A stretch of DNA of 64,000 bases from the human T2T-CHM13v2.0 reference genome, Homo sapiens. The notes under the pieces were generated by a model that worked only from the letters and a program-made list of their open reading frames with translations, made no database searches and was not told where the DNA came from. A program made the translations under genes and the position numbers. Positions 41,912 to 54,240 of the stretch are shown in pieces. The first letter of the stretch is position 1, and the number at the start of each line of letters is the position of its first letter. The stretch is from NCBI RefSeq assembly GCF_009914755.1, contig NC_060934.1; one strand, given 5' to 3'.

Positions 41912-42214
41912 TGGAGTTTATGAAAACTTTTTGATCAGCATGTTGTTTTTTTCCCAAATTGAAGGGAATTTTTGTCCGTTATTTGTTCAAATACTGTTTT
42001 TGCCTTATTATTCTCACCCCGATTACACATAAATTAGATCACTTGATATGTTTGCACATTTGACTGTAATTCTGTTATTTTGTTTTAATCTTTTTTCTCC
42101 TCTCATTTCTTCAGATTGGATAAATATTTTGACTTCTTTTCAAGTATTATTGATCTTTCTTCAAGTTGAGTGGTCCTTTTTTCCCCCTTGACATTTCCAT
42201 TTGCTGTTAAGACC

Positions 42215-42659
42215 ATTTATCAATTTCTTCTTTTACCTCTGTCTAGTTTTTGTGTCATCTGTTTTCAAACTTTGTATTTAAGTGCACACATATTTATGAT
42301 TTGTATGTCTTCCTGATTATCATCATGAAACACCATGTTTAAACCTCTGATCATAGTCTCTGCCTTGAAGCTTACTTTGTCCAATATCAGTTGTAGCCAT
42401 ACCACTTTTTTATGTGTACTTTTTTTGCAGCACATATATATATTTTATCCTATTACTTTCAACCTAATTTGGTATTTATATTTTAAATGCATCCTTGTTG
42501 ATTGCATTTAGTTGGATCTTGGTGTTTTATTCAGTCTGATAATCTTTTTCTTTTTTTTTTTTTCTTTTGAAATGGAGTCTTGCTCTGTCACCCAGGCTGG
42601 AGTGCAGTGGTGCAATCTCGGCTCACTCAAACCTCCGCCTCCCGCGTTCAAGTGATTCT
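42215..42659 (+). repeat. Inserted copy of the local duplication (L1 segment plus Alu 3' part)
   Basis: About 11 substitutions and 2 small indels versus 41292-41733 by manual alignment; interrupts a contiguous L1 sequence. Confidence 0.95.
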
Positions 42660-43689
42660 TCAAGTGAATTTTTCATTTCAAATATTTTACCTTTCAATTA
42701 CAGAATTTTGTTTGATGCTTTTTTGTAGTTTCAAATTTTCTGCTGATATTCCCCTATTATGACTCTCTTTCCTTGAGGTTCTTGAAAATATTTATTATAA
42801 CTTTTTTAAAGTTCTTGATTCCTCATTCAAACATTTGGGTTATCTCAAAATCTGTTTCTGTTGCCTGATTTTTCTTTTGACTGTGAGTCACATTTTTATG
42901 TTTCTTTGTATATGTAGCATTTTCCATTGCGTTAATATGTTGCAAGGATTCTGAATTCTGTTATCTCCCCCTGAAAAGTTAAGACTTCTGTTCTAGATTA
43001 ATTTTTGCACCTACTGGCTGACTACCTTGAACTTGGGAAAGTTTGTTTGTACACTTTGTTAGGGAAGCTCTGTTTCAATTTTGCAATTGATCTTAGTGTA
43101 AATTTGTAATCCTAAGGCATACCTGCACTTTAAGGTGTCTTCCTTCAGGAGTTTTCATGCAAAGCTTAAAATATTTACCAAGCGCCTTCACCATGTCAGA
43201 ATTAAAACTCCAGACCCTGACTTTTTAATGATGGACAGCTTATGAAATATTTGGTAGCTTTTTCAGCCTTTCACCTGTTTGTTTCTGCCAGACTACTTGG
43301 ACTTCCCTCAAGCATCTACTGTTCAGGGATAAGCCCAGGATTTGTGAGGAGATGTATGCAGATTTCCTCCCTCTGTCACCTGTTCTGTTCTGGTATTTCC
43401 CTTCACAATCTCCAACCGCTTTGGCATCCCTGACATCTGGCTTTTCAAGGCAGTGAGACTGAAGCTTTTTCTTGAGTTCTGGCTGCTGTGTCCAGTGCAG
43501 ACTCTGGAGTGGCCTCAAGGGGAAAAGCCATTTAAACATAGATATCACCCAATATGGTTCTCTTCTTTCAAGGCCATTGGATTGTCTTCTGTTTCTGTCT
43601 GCTTTTGGTAGCTTTCCAGTGCCTTCTATTAGTTGTTTATATTTTTCCAAGAGTTTATAATTTTTAACTCTTTATGCATCTGCCTCCTA

Positions 43690-44005
43690 CATGAGGGTCT
43701 AGGGAAGAGATCTCCAGGTGGAGGAAAGAGCAAATGAGAAGCCCTGAGCAGGACTGAGATGAATGAGCTGGGGTGGAAGCTGGAGGCCCATGGGCTGGAA
43801 TGAAGTTTACATCCAGGGATCCCTCTAAGCCATTGAACTTCGGCATTTGCTCTGAGTGAGAGATAAGAAGCTGTCGAATGGCTTCCTTAGAGAAAAAATG
43901 TTATCTAATTTTTTGCCTTGTACTCTAGGAAGGCAAGAGAAGAAGCAGGTAGACCAGTTAGGAGGCAGTTATGACTGGTAAGAGATGATGATGATTGATC
44001 TGGGT
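43690..44005 (-). mobile_element. L2 fragment
   Basis: agggaagagatctccaggtggaggaaagagcaaatg...gaagcaggtagaccagttaggaggc. Confidence 0.7.
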
Positions 44006-44149
44006 CAAACAAAATGATTTGTTGAGAGCTTCGTATGTGCTGTGTATGATGCTACCCACCTAAGCTAAGCAGCTGTGTTCCCAATCTCCTTCTTGCCTTG
44101 GCAGGGGACACAGCTTGAGGACTCTCTTGCTACATAGAAAAACACATGA

Positions 44150-44434
44150 GGCTGAGCATGGTGGCTCATGCCTGTAATCCCAACACAGGCATGCTGAGGC
44201 AGGAGGACTTCTTGAGCTCAGAAGTTCAAGATCAGCCTGGGCAACACAGGGAGACCCCATTTCTACAAAAAATTTAAAAAATTAGCCACATATGGTGGCG
44301 TGTACCTGCGATCCTAGCTACTGAGGAGCCTGAGGTGGGAGGATAACTTGAACCTGGGAGGTTTAAGCTGCATTGAGCTGTAATTGTGCCACTGTACTTC
44401 ATTCTGGGCAACAGAGAGAGACCCTATCTCTAAA

Positions 44435-44478
<44 letters not shown>
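44150..44478 (+). mobile_element. AluJ with a (CA)n/(CG)n microsatellite tail (44434-44478)
   Basis: J-type cagcctgggcaacaca...gagacccc; tail acacac...gcgcg...cacaca. Confidence 0.94.
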
Positions 44479-44479
<1 letters not shown>

Positions 44480-45043
44480 TAGGGAAGGAAACTTGATTAA
44501 GGAAGGCCGGTCTAGCATAAAGCTTTGGGTGAAGGATTTACTTGTGTGTGCATATAGCCACATACCTAGCTGTGTAAGTCATTACAAATGTCACCTGGCT
44601 AATGTTCATTAATGATTAGCTAATTATAAAGCTGCCGTTCTGTCCTTGGACTGATAGCTGGTTTGTTTTACAGAAGGCAGTATCTTTGGTAGAGTTGCTT
44701 TATCATATCAAAAAGGGTAGTGTTGTTTTTTTTTTCTTAGCAATAGCTTCAAGAACGAAGAAGATTAAACAAACACTATCGAATGAAAGAACCAAGCCCA
44801 GTACCTGGCACATAATAAGTGCGTAGAAAGCATTACTTGAAATTAGATTTACTGCTTTTTTGATTAAAAAATACTCTTCCAATTTAATGTCTTAAGGGTT
44901 CTCTATAAAGAGTACAAATTATAAGTTAAATAAACACTATATTGGACCAAAATCAGAAGTAGAAACTTGCATACCTTCTCTTGATTTGTTAATTACTGAG
45001 AAGTTATTTGTGGTCTTGACCTGATGCATGCATTAATACATTA

Positions 45044-45080
<37 letters not shown>

Positions 45081-45090
45081 TTTTTTTTTT
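45044..45090 (+). repeat. Compound microsatellite (TG)10(TA)8(T)11
   Basis: Read directly from the sequence. Confidence 0.97.
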
Positions 45091-45227
45091 CTTAGCTCCC
45101 TTTACTTCTACCTTCTCTCTTTCACTCTCTCCTTCCTCCCATTCCTCCTATCATTTATTGAGGACTAACCAAATGTTCTAGTCACTGTTCTGGCACTTGA
45201 CGTGCAGAGCCTCCTGGTAGCCTTCAG

Positions 45228-45425
45228 TTTAGTGCAGTGATTGAGAGCACAGCCTGAGAGCTGGACCCATTTGCATTCCAGCCCAGCCTCAGCCCCACAA
45301 GCTGTGTGATCAGAGGCATTTTACCAAACCTTTCCAAGGCTTGGTTTACTTATCTGTCAAATGAAGATGGTGGTGCAGTTTTCAGGCTGCAAGTGAGTGT
45401 GTAAGGTCACTTAGCTCATAATATG
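45228..45425 (+). mobile_element. MIR fragment
   Basis: gtgcagtgattgagagcacag...gctgtgtga...tttacttatctgtcaaatg. Confidence 0.65.
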
Positions 45426-45567
45426 GTGACACATTTCACAGGTCTCTTGATCAGATGAGGAAGCACATAGTATCATTCGGCCTTTTATACAGGTCCACTG
45501 GTTACCTGTTCTTGGTAACAGGGTGAAGGCTGGGGTAACAAGTCCTGCCGGGAGACTGTAAGAGGTT

Positions 45568-45820
45568 GCATGGCACTGTGGGTCAGAGTAGCATGGATCC
45601 AGACCGCCTGCATGTACATTCTGGCTCTGCCACTTATTAGCTGTGTGCCATTGGGCAAATTATTTAACCTCTCTGTGTTTCAGTTTCCTCACCTGTGAGA
45701 TGGGTTAGTAATGCTACCTATTGCATAGAACTGCAGTGAGGATGAAATGAGTTGACCCATGCAGAGTCCTTAGAGCAGTGACTGGCACTTAGTAAGCTGC
45801 ATAGAAGTATTGTCTATTAA
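45568..45820 (+). mobile_element. MIR SINE
   Basis: ctggctctgccacttattagctgtgtgccattgggcaaattatttaacctctctgtgtttcagtttcctcacctgt. Confidence 0.92.
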
Positions 45821-47990
45821 TACTTGCATTGATTGTGAAACATAATTTAGCATTGCTAAGAGGCTGTCTTTTCAGGAGCATGGAGTCCAAGTGCCCATTT
45901 CCTGTACATTTGGCTCAGATACCCACCCCTAACCACTGCACGCAGTCTCTTTTCTGTCTGAGTGGGACACATCTCTTTCCCCTGCAGCACAATCACTCTG
46001 CCTCCCGCTCCGTCCTGGTCTGCCATCTGCTGACCCATTCGCTGCTCCTGTCACGTCAAAGATAGCGTGGCCTTTGTGGAGTGCCCAGGCAGCGTGTCAT
46101 GTCCCAGCGCTGTTGTACATCTTGTTTCAGAGATATTTTGCTGTAATGTTCTGTGACCTTTTCCATTGAGTGAGGTAGTTGGAAAGGCACTCAGTAAGGG
46201 AAAATTGAGCTGTTTTATTCCTCCCCAAGGAGGCTCCTGTTTCCTTTCCACCATTCATTTGAAAGCTATCATTTTCTTGATTTTATAGCTGAAAAACACC
46301 ATTGATTCACTGGGTGTTAGATGCTAAGAGTTCTCCTATTGACATGCCTATTGACAGTTTTCAGTATATTCTGCATCTAATTATCACTCTTGGCTAAATG
46401 ATACACCTTGTGGACTTGAGCGATGGAGTCGATAGCTCTCACCACATTGTTCTAGTGCTGCCTATTGAGCCTGGTGTCACGGCGATGTGATTTATGTGAT
46501 CAGAAAGAAAATTCCTGTTGGTGTGCTGCATAATTAAAGCAAGCGCAGAGTGACTGGTGACAAAAAATCAGGCCTGCCGATGTCACCCCAAATGAGGAGA
46601 GATTTCTAGAGTAAGCAGCTGTGACAGTGAAGAATCTCTCTTGGCATCTTCTGCTTTGCAATTTTCAAGGGTTCGATTTTCCTCCTGGCCCTGGCTGAGG
46701 GCTCCTCTTCTCTCCCTTCCTGCTGCATTGTGGTCAGAGCTTCAGTACCTGTGTGCTGCCATTCCGAGGCCTGGGCCGTGGGGCTCGCTCTGGGAGGGGC
46801 TCATTGTTGCAGACAGGGGCTGTTCATAGAATTTGGGCTGGCAGCAGCCCACATTTGCAGGTAGGGAAGATAGATGGCTCTAAAATGGCTTGTCCTTTGT
46901 ATAAGCCGTTTTGAGTTTCTGAGGTTGAGATTAAATGTTGGGAAGGCCATTTTCCCTGTGCATGAGAGGAGTGGTCCCTGCGTTGACATGGCGGGTTCTG
47001 AGAGGAGTTGATGGTGGTGATGCTGGCCAGCCTTAGGCAGGACTGAAGTGCAGGTGGCTGACAGGTGGCAAAGACTGGGCATGTAGTAAGCAAACAACCC
47101 TGGTGTGAGACAGTGTTCCCTGTGAATCCCACCTTCTGCCTCAACTACTCCTTTACCAACACTCTTCCCAGAGGGTCTTCAGAAGATCCGCGCAGTCAAG
47201 GACCTTGCCTTCTTCAATGCTGGTGTGGCGATGATTTTCTGTGAGGCCAGAGTCAAGTGATCTAGCCTCCATAGACTAGTGTGTTCTCCATATCTGAAGT
47301 GAACGGGGTTCCTTTTAGCCCTAAAGTACTGTGGCTTAGTGAGTTGGGGCTTGGAATAAGGGTTGGAGAAAGTAATGGTGTTCATCTGAGAGGTCCCCTG
47401 AAGGAATTCAAAGGCCAAGCTGCCACTGCCTGAGAGGAGTGCTTCGTGTGTGCTGCTGATCTAAGATGTGGAGCCTCTGGCTTCGTATGGCACTGAAGGA
47501 ACCTTGGAGGTTAGAATATGTTAGCGAGATATTTAATGAGACATATGAACAGAACATCTGAATCAAGCCAACAGAGTAGACATTTCCAGGCACCTGAGTT
47601 GGGCAATGAATTTGGCCTGGTGGCTAGCAAAAGTCATGAGTAGAATGGGGATTGGGTGTTGGTGGGTGGTTTGGGCCATGCAAAGGAGTCAGGATTCTGA
47701 GATTTTGGGTAGCTGAGATTGTGACAAGAGGGACTTTTGAGGTCAGTGATTCTAGATGGGTTACTTTCCTGGAAGCCATATGCCTTGTGTGGGCACTATT
47801 ACTATCAATTTCTACTTAATGAACCTCTGTATGTGGCACTTTTGGGGTTCAGTTTTTCCCCATGCACAAGGCCAGAGAGATTTTGTGACTTGAGTTCCCG
47901 TTTTCATCATTGGGATTTTTTAATATAAAAGTTTTGAGACTACTCAGTGTTGTATTTTTGAGGATATACTGATACTTTATAATTAGGGGT

Positions 47991-48393
47991 TGTGTTAGGC
48001 CATTCTTGCCTTGCTCTAGAGAAATACCTGAGACTGGGTAACATAAGAAAAGAGGTTTAATTGGCTCATGGTTCTGCAGGCTGTACAAGCATGACATCTG
48101 ACATCTGCTTGGCTTCTAGCGAGGCCTCAGGGAGCTTTTACTCATGGCAGGAGGCGAAGTGGGAGCAGCGATGTCCCATGGCAAAAGCAGGGAAAGACAG
48201 AGAGGCAGGGGGGTACCACACACTTAAACCACCTGATCTCATGATAACTCTTACTCACTTTTGAGAGGACAGAACTAAGCTGTGAGGGATCCACGCCTAT
48301 GACCCAAACACCTCCCACCAGGCCCCACCTCCAACACTGGGGATTGTAATTCAACATGAGATTTGGATGGGGACAAATATCCAAACTATATCA
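47991..48393 (-). mobile_element. MSTA-like MaLR solo LTR
   Basis: aaatacctgagactgggtaa, gaggtttaattggctcatggttctgcaggctgtaca, cctcccaccaggccccacctccaacac, ggacaaatatccaaactatatca. Confidence 0.93.
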
Positions 48394-50618
48394 AGGGCCC
48401 ATAGTGCTTTGTCTTCGACACTGAGTGAACCATGGAATGCGTCAGCGTTCTTGAGAATTCATATCTCTTGTACTTTGCTTTAGTTGTTCATGTTTATTTA
48501 TCTGGACTAGTTCTGAAATTGTCAATGATTCTGGGTAAGGAGAGATATTCCTCTGTAACTGTGAAGGACCTTTGAACATTCTGATAGGATTAATGATTTT
48601 CTTCCAGTGTGTCTGTAATAATCACTAAACATGTCTCTGTGAAGACTCCTTAGTACATTAAAGTATTGTTAATGCAACAGTACCACCAGAAGACTCTGGG
48701 TGATTGATCGGGATAAAGTTGATCATCTGTCTGTTAAAGTTCTTTTTTTTTTTTTTCCATTCTTGACAAGTGGTTCAACTTAGAAATCCCGAGTACCCCT
48801 TACAAATTGCAGGCTACCTCAATCACCTGTGATTACAGAACATGGTTGGTTTGCTGTGTGCTAGGACCCCCATGTCTTAACCACAGTTGATTTATTTTAA
48901 ACACTGGAAATTGCAAAAAAAAAAAAACAAAAACCACACACAAAAAAACCTACCTTGGGAGTTCTTTGACCCCACAGTTCTTCCTATTCTATGTCTTAGG
49001 CTCTTAAAGTGCTTCTCCTTTCTGCATCTGTCTTTCCCCAATTCAGAAGGTACTTCCCGCTGGCAGAGGCATCACTCAGTAAATTTCAGGGTAGCATAAG
49101 AATTGCTCTGGTTACGTTGATATATAATTTAATTTTCCCCAGACTGCCTCTGGCCTCTGCCTGTTTAAGCTCTGGAATCCCTGTGGGGGGTGAGTGTGCA
49201 GAATATGTTCTCACCTCTCAATTCATTGTGACTTTAGCTGGAGGTCGGTCCTGTTGCTGTTGTTGCTCTGCATCCCAGCAAGTAGAAGCAGCATGTGAGA
49301 TGGAGTGAGCAGTAGGCATATGGCCAGGGTTTGTGTGTACAGAGGGATGCAGCACAGGGAGGGAAAGCAGCATTTTCCCTATGGGACTGTCAAGAGAAGT
49401 CGAGCCCTTCCATGGAGCACAGAGGCACAGAGAATCAGACAGGGCATGGGCCTGGGCAGCCTGAGGCCTGCCTGGTGAGCGATGGGGCAGGATGGCTCAC
49501 ATCGCCTAGCCGTTGGCAAAGGGTCTAAAATTCAGTGCTTCCCCCAAGCAGCCTAGCTCCTTCAAATGGCAAATTATTATTTTTCTGTTCTTTTCTGTCT
49601 TCGGGATTGTATTTGCATCTCAAATGTGTGTAAAGGGAATTTTGCACATTCGACAAACTTTTACTTTAAAGGCAGCAGGTTGGAGAAAGGAGCTCCATCA
49701 CATTAAATGCTGGCTATTGTGCTTTTCATTCAGCTTGACGAACAGTGGCCGAAAATGGCAGGGGATTAAACTGATGTAATGACAAGAATTCATATAAGAG
49801 GCTGTGGGAATGGGGCAGAAGAATGCTGAGGCTTTGCAGTATTATGGTGTTCTTTGATCTGCCGTAGATGGAAAACATAATGTACCTGTATTTATGTTGA
49901 TTCTAAATAGGGAGTGTGTAAACAGAGGCATGTCATTTTCCCTGCAGCCTTCAAGTTGAAATTACACAGCTACCATTTCTGAGCAATGGACATATTTCTG
50001 AGTAATGAGTTAAATGCAGTTTTTGAATATTTGGATCTTATTGTACATCACAATAAGAGCATTTTTGTTGCTCAACTGGGTTCCTGTTACAGAGGCACAC
50101 AGTATGTGGGCATTTGTGGATTATTCATTTGCTAAAGGGCATTCTTCTTATTTTTAGGAAAATTCACCTTTGTCTTGGGGAATTTAAGCAAAAACAACTG
50201 CAATCCCGAATAGAATGAACACCTCCTTTTTTCAGCCTCATTCTTTAGTGTGGGAGAGCCGCAGATGAGATGTCCCTGCCTTCTGGAGAAATACATATGT
50301 GTCTTTCATCTGGGAAATGTCTTTCTGGGACAGCACCAGCTGGAAGATGTCACCTGGGATGACCAAAGACTTGATCAATTGACAAGGGGAGCATCAAAAG
50401 TGGCTGAGAACCATTTATGTTTACTGTGTTTGAAAGCACTTTGGAGGGCAGGGCGTGCGTCTCGTGCATCTGTATAATATGAAAGCATGTTTTGTGAGGC
50501 ACATCTTAACATATGGTTCCAGAAAAAGGAAGGTGGTGCCCTGCACTCAAACTTTTTCTTTTCTATACATAGCTAGAAAGTCATCTTTCTATAATCATTT
50601 GAATAATGATGTTCACAC

Positions 50619-50913
50619 TTTTTTTGTTGTTGTTGAGATGGAGTCTCACTCCGTTGCCAGGCTGGAGTGCAGTGGCGTGATCTCAGTTCACTGTAACTTC
50701 CGACTCCTTGGTTCAAGTAATTCTCCTCCCTCAGCCTCCTGAGTAGCTGGGATTATAGGCATGCACCACCATGCGCAGCTAATTTTTATATTTTTGGTAG
50801 AGACAGGGTTTCACCATGTTGGCCAGGATGGTCTTGATCTCCTGACCTCATGATCCGCCCACCTCGGCCTCCCAAAGTGCTGGGATTACAGGCATGAGCC
50901 ACTATGCCTGGCC
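50619..50913 (-). mobile_element. AluS (Sc-like)
   Basis: Reverse Alu with gttgccagg and ccaggatggtcttgatctc; TSD tgatgttcacactttt/tgatggtcatactttt. Confidence 0.96.
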
Positions 50914-51467
50914 TGATGGTCATACTTTTTAAAGGCTTCATGAGGAATTTCCCTAATTTCTTAGAATACTGCTTTGGTCATCTCCACAATTATGGTAGGA
51001 AAATGTGGACTCAAGGCCATCCACAGTTTTGACTGACTCTGCTCTGCACAGAAGCCCCTGGGCCAGAATGTCTCACCTGCCATTAGTTCCCATCCCAGCC
51101 TCACATTTGTGCCTCTATGGAGGCTGTGCCTTCTACTAGAGGGGCCCACCCTTGCTGGCTTCTGCCCACTAGCTGCTGCCCATCCTCTGGGGGTCAGCTT
51201 GTTCCAGCTCCCCCACCACCTTCCCTGCAGGCTTCATAGCCACCTCCCCAGAGCTGAGTGTGTCCTGTCAGTAGCACTCGGGGAGGATCAGCCACCTTGC
51301 TGCCAGGTGGCCTCTGCATCTCACCTGTTGCACTCTTAGCGTCAGTGATGGAGGGTAATAACACTAATGATAATGGTAATAATAAAATCATTTATTCAGC
51401 CTGCTTTTACTGATTGCCTGTTGTTTGCTACGGGTGAGGATGGAGTGGTCATCAAAAAGCAGACATG

Positions 51468-51768
51468 GGCCAGGTGCAGTGGCTCATGCCTGTAATCCCA
51501 GCACTTTGTGAGGCTGAGGCAGGCAGATCACCTGAGGTCAGGAGTTCGAGACCAGCTGATCAACATAGTGAAACCCTGTCTCTACTAAAAGTACAAAAAT
51601 TAGCCAGGCGTGGTGGTGTGCACCTGTAATCCCAGCTACTCGGGAGGCTGAGGCAGGAGAATCGCCTTGAACCCAGGAGGTGGAGGTTGCAGTGAGCCTA
51701 GGTTGTGCCACTGCACTCCAGCCTGGGTGACAGAATGAGACTCTGTTTCAAAAACAAAAACAAAAAAA
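51468..51768 (+). mobile_element. AluS
   Basis: Full-length Alu; TSD aaaaag(a)cagacatg. Confidence 0.97.
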
Positions 51769-51943
51769 GACAGACATGGACCCTGGATTCATGGCACTTC
51801 ATGTTCCAGTGGGAAGGATAGACCAACCAGTAGTCACTCACGTCAGTGGAAGGATGTTGACTGACAGGTGGTGCGTGACACTGTGAGGGCTTGCAAAGGG
51901 GCATGTGAACCATTCAGGAGGTCAGCGAAGGCTTTCCTGAGGA

Positions 51944-52125
51944 CAGAACCAGCTACATAATTTTCAGAGTCCAATGCTAAATGAAAATGCAGAGGTCCTT
52001 GTTTAAAAGTTATTGAGAATTTTATGGTGAGTGGTGGCAGCAGGGTATTAAATCAACTGTGGGGTCCTTCTGTGCAGGGGGCCTTGTGTGGCTATGCTGG
52101 TTGCATTCTCATGAAGCGGGCCCTG
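51944..52125 (-). mobile_element. MER45A (hAT-Tip100 MITE)
   Basis: cagaaccagctacataatt...aaatgaaaatgc...catgaagcgggccctg; perfect 8-bp TSD cctgagga (51936-51943/52126-52133). Confidence 0.88.
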
Positions 52126-52994
52126 CCTGAGGAGTGACATTTGAGCTGAGATGTGAGGGGAGAAGAGGGTAGGAAGATGGCTCCAGGTGGACGAAACAGC
52201 ATGAGCAGAGTCTCTGGCAGGAAGGAGGTTGGCACATTCAGAAATGATGAAGGGGCCAGCGTAGCTGGAGTTCAGAGAGCAGGTGGGGCATGACGAGGCC
52301 AGGGCAGTAGAGTTGGTGATAGGGAAGGCAAAGCAGAACCCTACACAGCTACTTAAGTGTCCTGAGCAGGGAGCTAAAGACACTGGGTTTGGATTTTGCA
52401 GTCACACCGGCTGCAGTGTGCAGGGCAGACTGGGTAGGTAGCAGGAGCGAAAGCAGGGCTGTTCGGAGGATGTCAGAGCTGTCCAGTTGAGGGAGGGCAG
52501 GGGCTAGTCCAGAGTGGTGCCAGTGGAGGGAGAAGGTGTGCAGGAATATTGAGGACACCCAATATTGGGCATAGTGGAGCTGAAGGAACAAAAGACGCCA
52601 AAGATGACATCTAGATTCTGGCTTTGAACCCCTGAGTTGAACCTCATGAAATCACCAACATTCTGCCACTTTTGATCTGCAGAAATACCAATTTCACACA
52701 ACTTGTTCTGATAGATGGGTGGTTGGTGGGACATCCCTTTACACGGGAATGCTTAGAGGATCAGAGGGGTTTGCTTTGTTTTTGCTTTGGTGGTGGCAGC
52801 TATGAGAGACAATTACAAACTGGGTTCTAGACACAGTGAGCTTGAGGTGCCTTTGCAACCTCTAAGTGAGGGTAAGGAAAGAGGTGGACTATATGCATCT
52901 GGAGCTTAGAGGAGGTGCCTGAGCAGGAGATACAGTTGTTGGAGCAGATGCTGTATAGACACCTTATCAGGGTTACCCTGTTTAAAACTTGCAA

Positions 52995-53140
52995 ACATCC
53001 TGTAAAGAATGTACTATTGTATTCAGTTTCCAGATGAGAATAATATGGCTAAGAGAGGTTAATTAACTTGCCCAAGGTCACACAGCCACCAAGTGGAGGA
53101 GCTGGGTCCAGGGCCCAAGCTCCTAATTACTGTGCCTACT
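52995..53140 (-). mobile_element. MIR fragment
   Basis: cagatgag...ggctaagagaggttaattaacttgcccaaggtcacacagc. Confidence 0.85.
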
Positions 53141-54214
53141 GCCTTCTCAGTGGTTTCCTCACATCAGGATGCACAGCTCTTTGTACTGAGTAGATCCTTA
53201 GGAATTCCTTATTGGATAAATACATTTAAAATATTTGGTGGAAATAATGATATCTTCCCTTCTTAATAGGAGATTCTTGAAAGAGGTCCCAAGGCCCCAA
53301 AGTGTCAGCAACCATAGATGGAATTTACATGGTTGCCTGTCTGGTTATTCTCATCACACTTTCCTCTCCTTCATGGGCAAGCTCCACCCCCACCCCTTGC
53401 TGAGGTCTGAACTTTGTAGAGAGCCTCAGTTGTGGTCATAGCAACATCTTGCAGATGAATCCATTAATGATAAGTTAGGCTCCTCCTCTAGTATTCTTGG
53501 GGTGAATTTTATAGGATTTTGACATTTTAGGGCTAACAGCTGCCTCAGGTGCTGCTGCGCTCCCTCGGGAACCCCTAGGGCACATTACTAAATCTTGCTG
53601 GGCCTAGGCACGGACTCAGGATCCTTCTCAACATGGTACTCATCTCATTTTAGGACTGAGGGCACTGAGATCCAGAGAGATGTTACTTCAACAATCAGTT
53701 AATGCTAGAATAAATCTGTTTGCTTATTAAATCAAATAAAGTAGATTCTAGTTCAGTCCTTTTACAGGTAAGGATGCTGAGGGCCCGAGAGGCAGTGACT
53801 TGCTCATTTCTGGTGGAGATGGAGCTCATGCTCCCATTCCTACCTCCCATCTAGTCAGTGGTCCCTCCTTGGGCCTGGAACACACGGCAAATCCACTTGC
53901 TGTGTTGGCTCATTCAGCAAAACGGAGCACATCTTGTTGTGGACATGCATTTTTCATCAGCTGTTCCTCTGGAACTTCCCTCATCATGCTTGTGTACAGT
54001 GAATTGAATGATGTGAATTATACTTTATTAGGATTGCCTTTTGATACAAGTATTTCTTTTAGGCTGCTTTGTGCCCGCTGTGATGCCCACCCTGGATTTT
54101 CTTCCCTTTGCCCTTGACGTTGAAGTGAAACATATTGTTTCCCTTTAGAATGCCATTAAAAGTCGATGATGACCTTTACAGTGACTAATAGTTTCTAAGG
54201 GGCTTTAATTGTGA

Positions 54215-54240
54215 TTTTTTTTTTTTTTTTTTTTTTTTTT
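54215..54240 (+). repeat. Poly-T(26) tract not attached to an Alu
   Basis: Read directly; followed by AGCAG. Confidence 0.95.

Larger units (their letters stand above)
51388..52960 (-). mobile_element. L2 LINE fragments with nested Alu and MER45A
   Basis: tcatttattcagc 3' end; ggctttcctgagga|gtgacatttgagctgaga; gcttgaggtgcc...tatgcatctggagcttagaggag. Confidence 0.8.
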
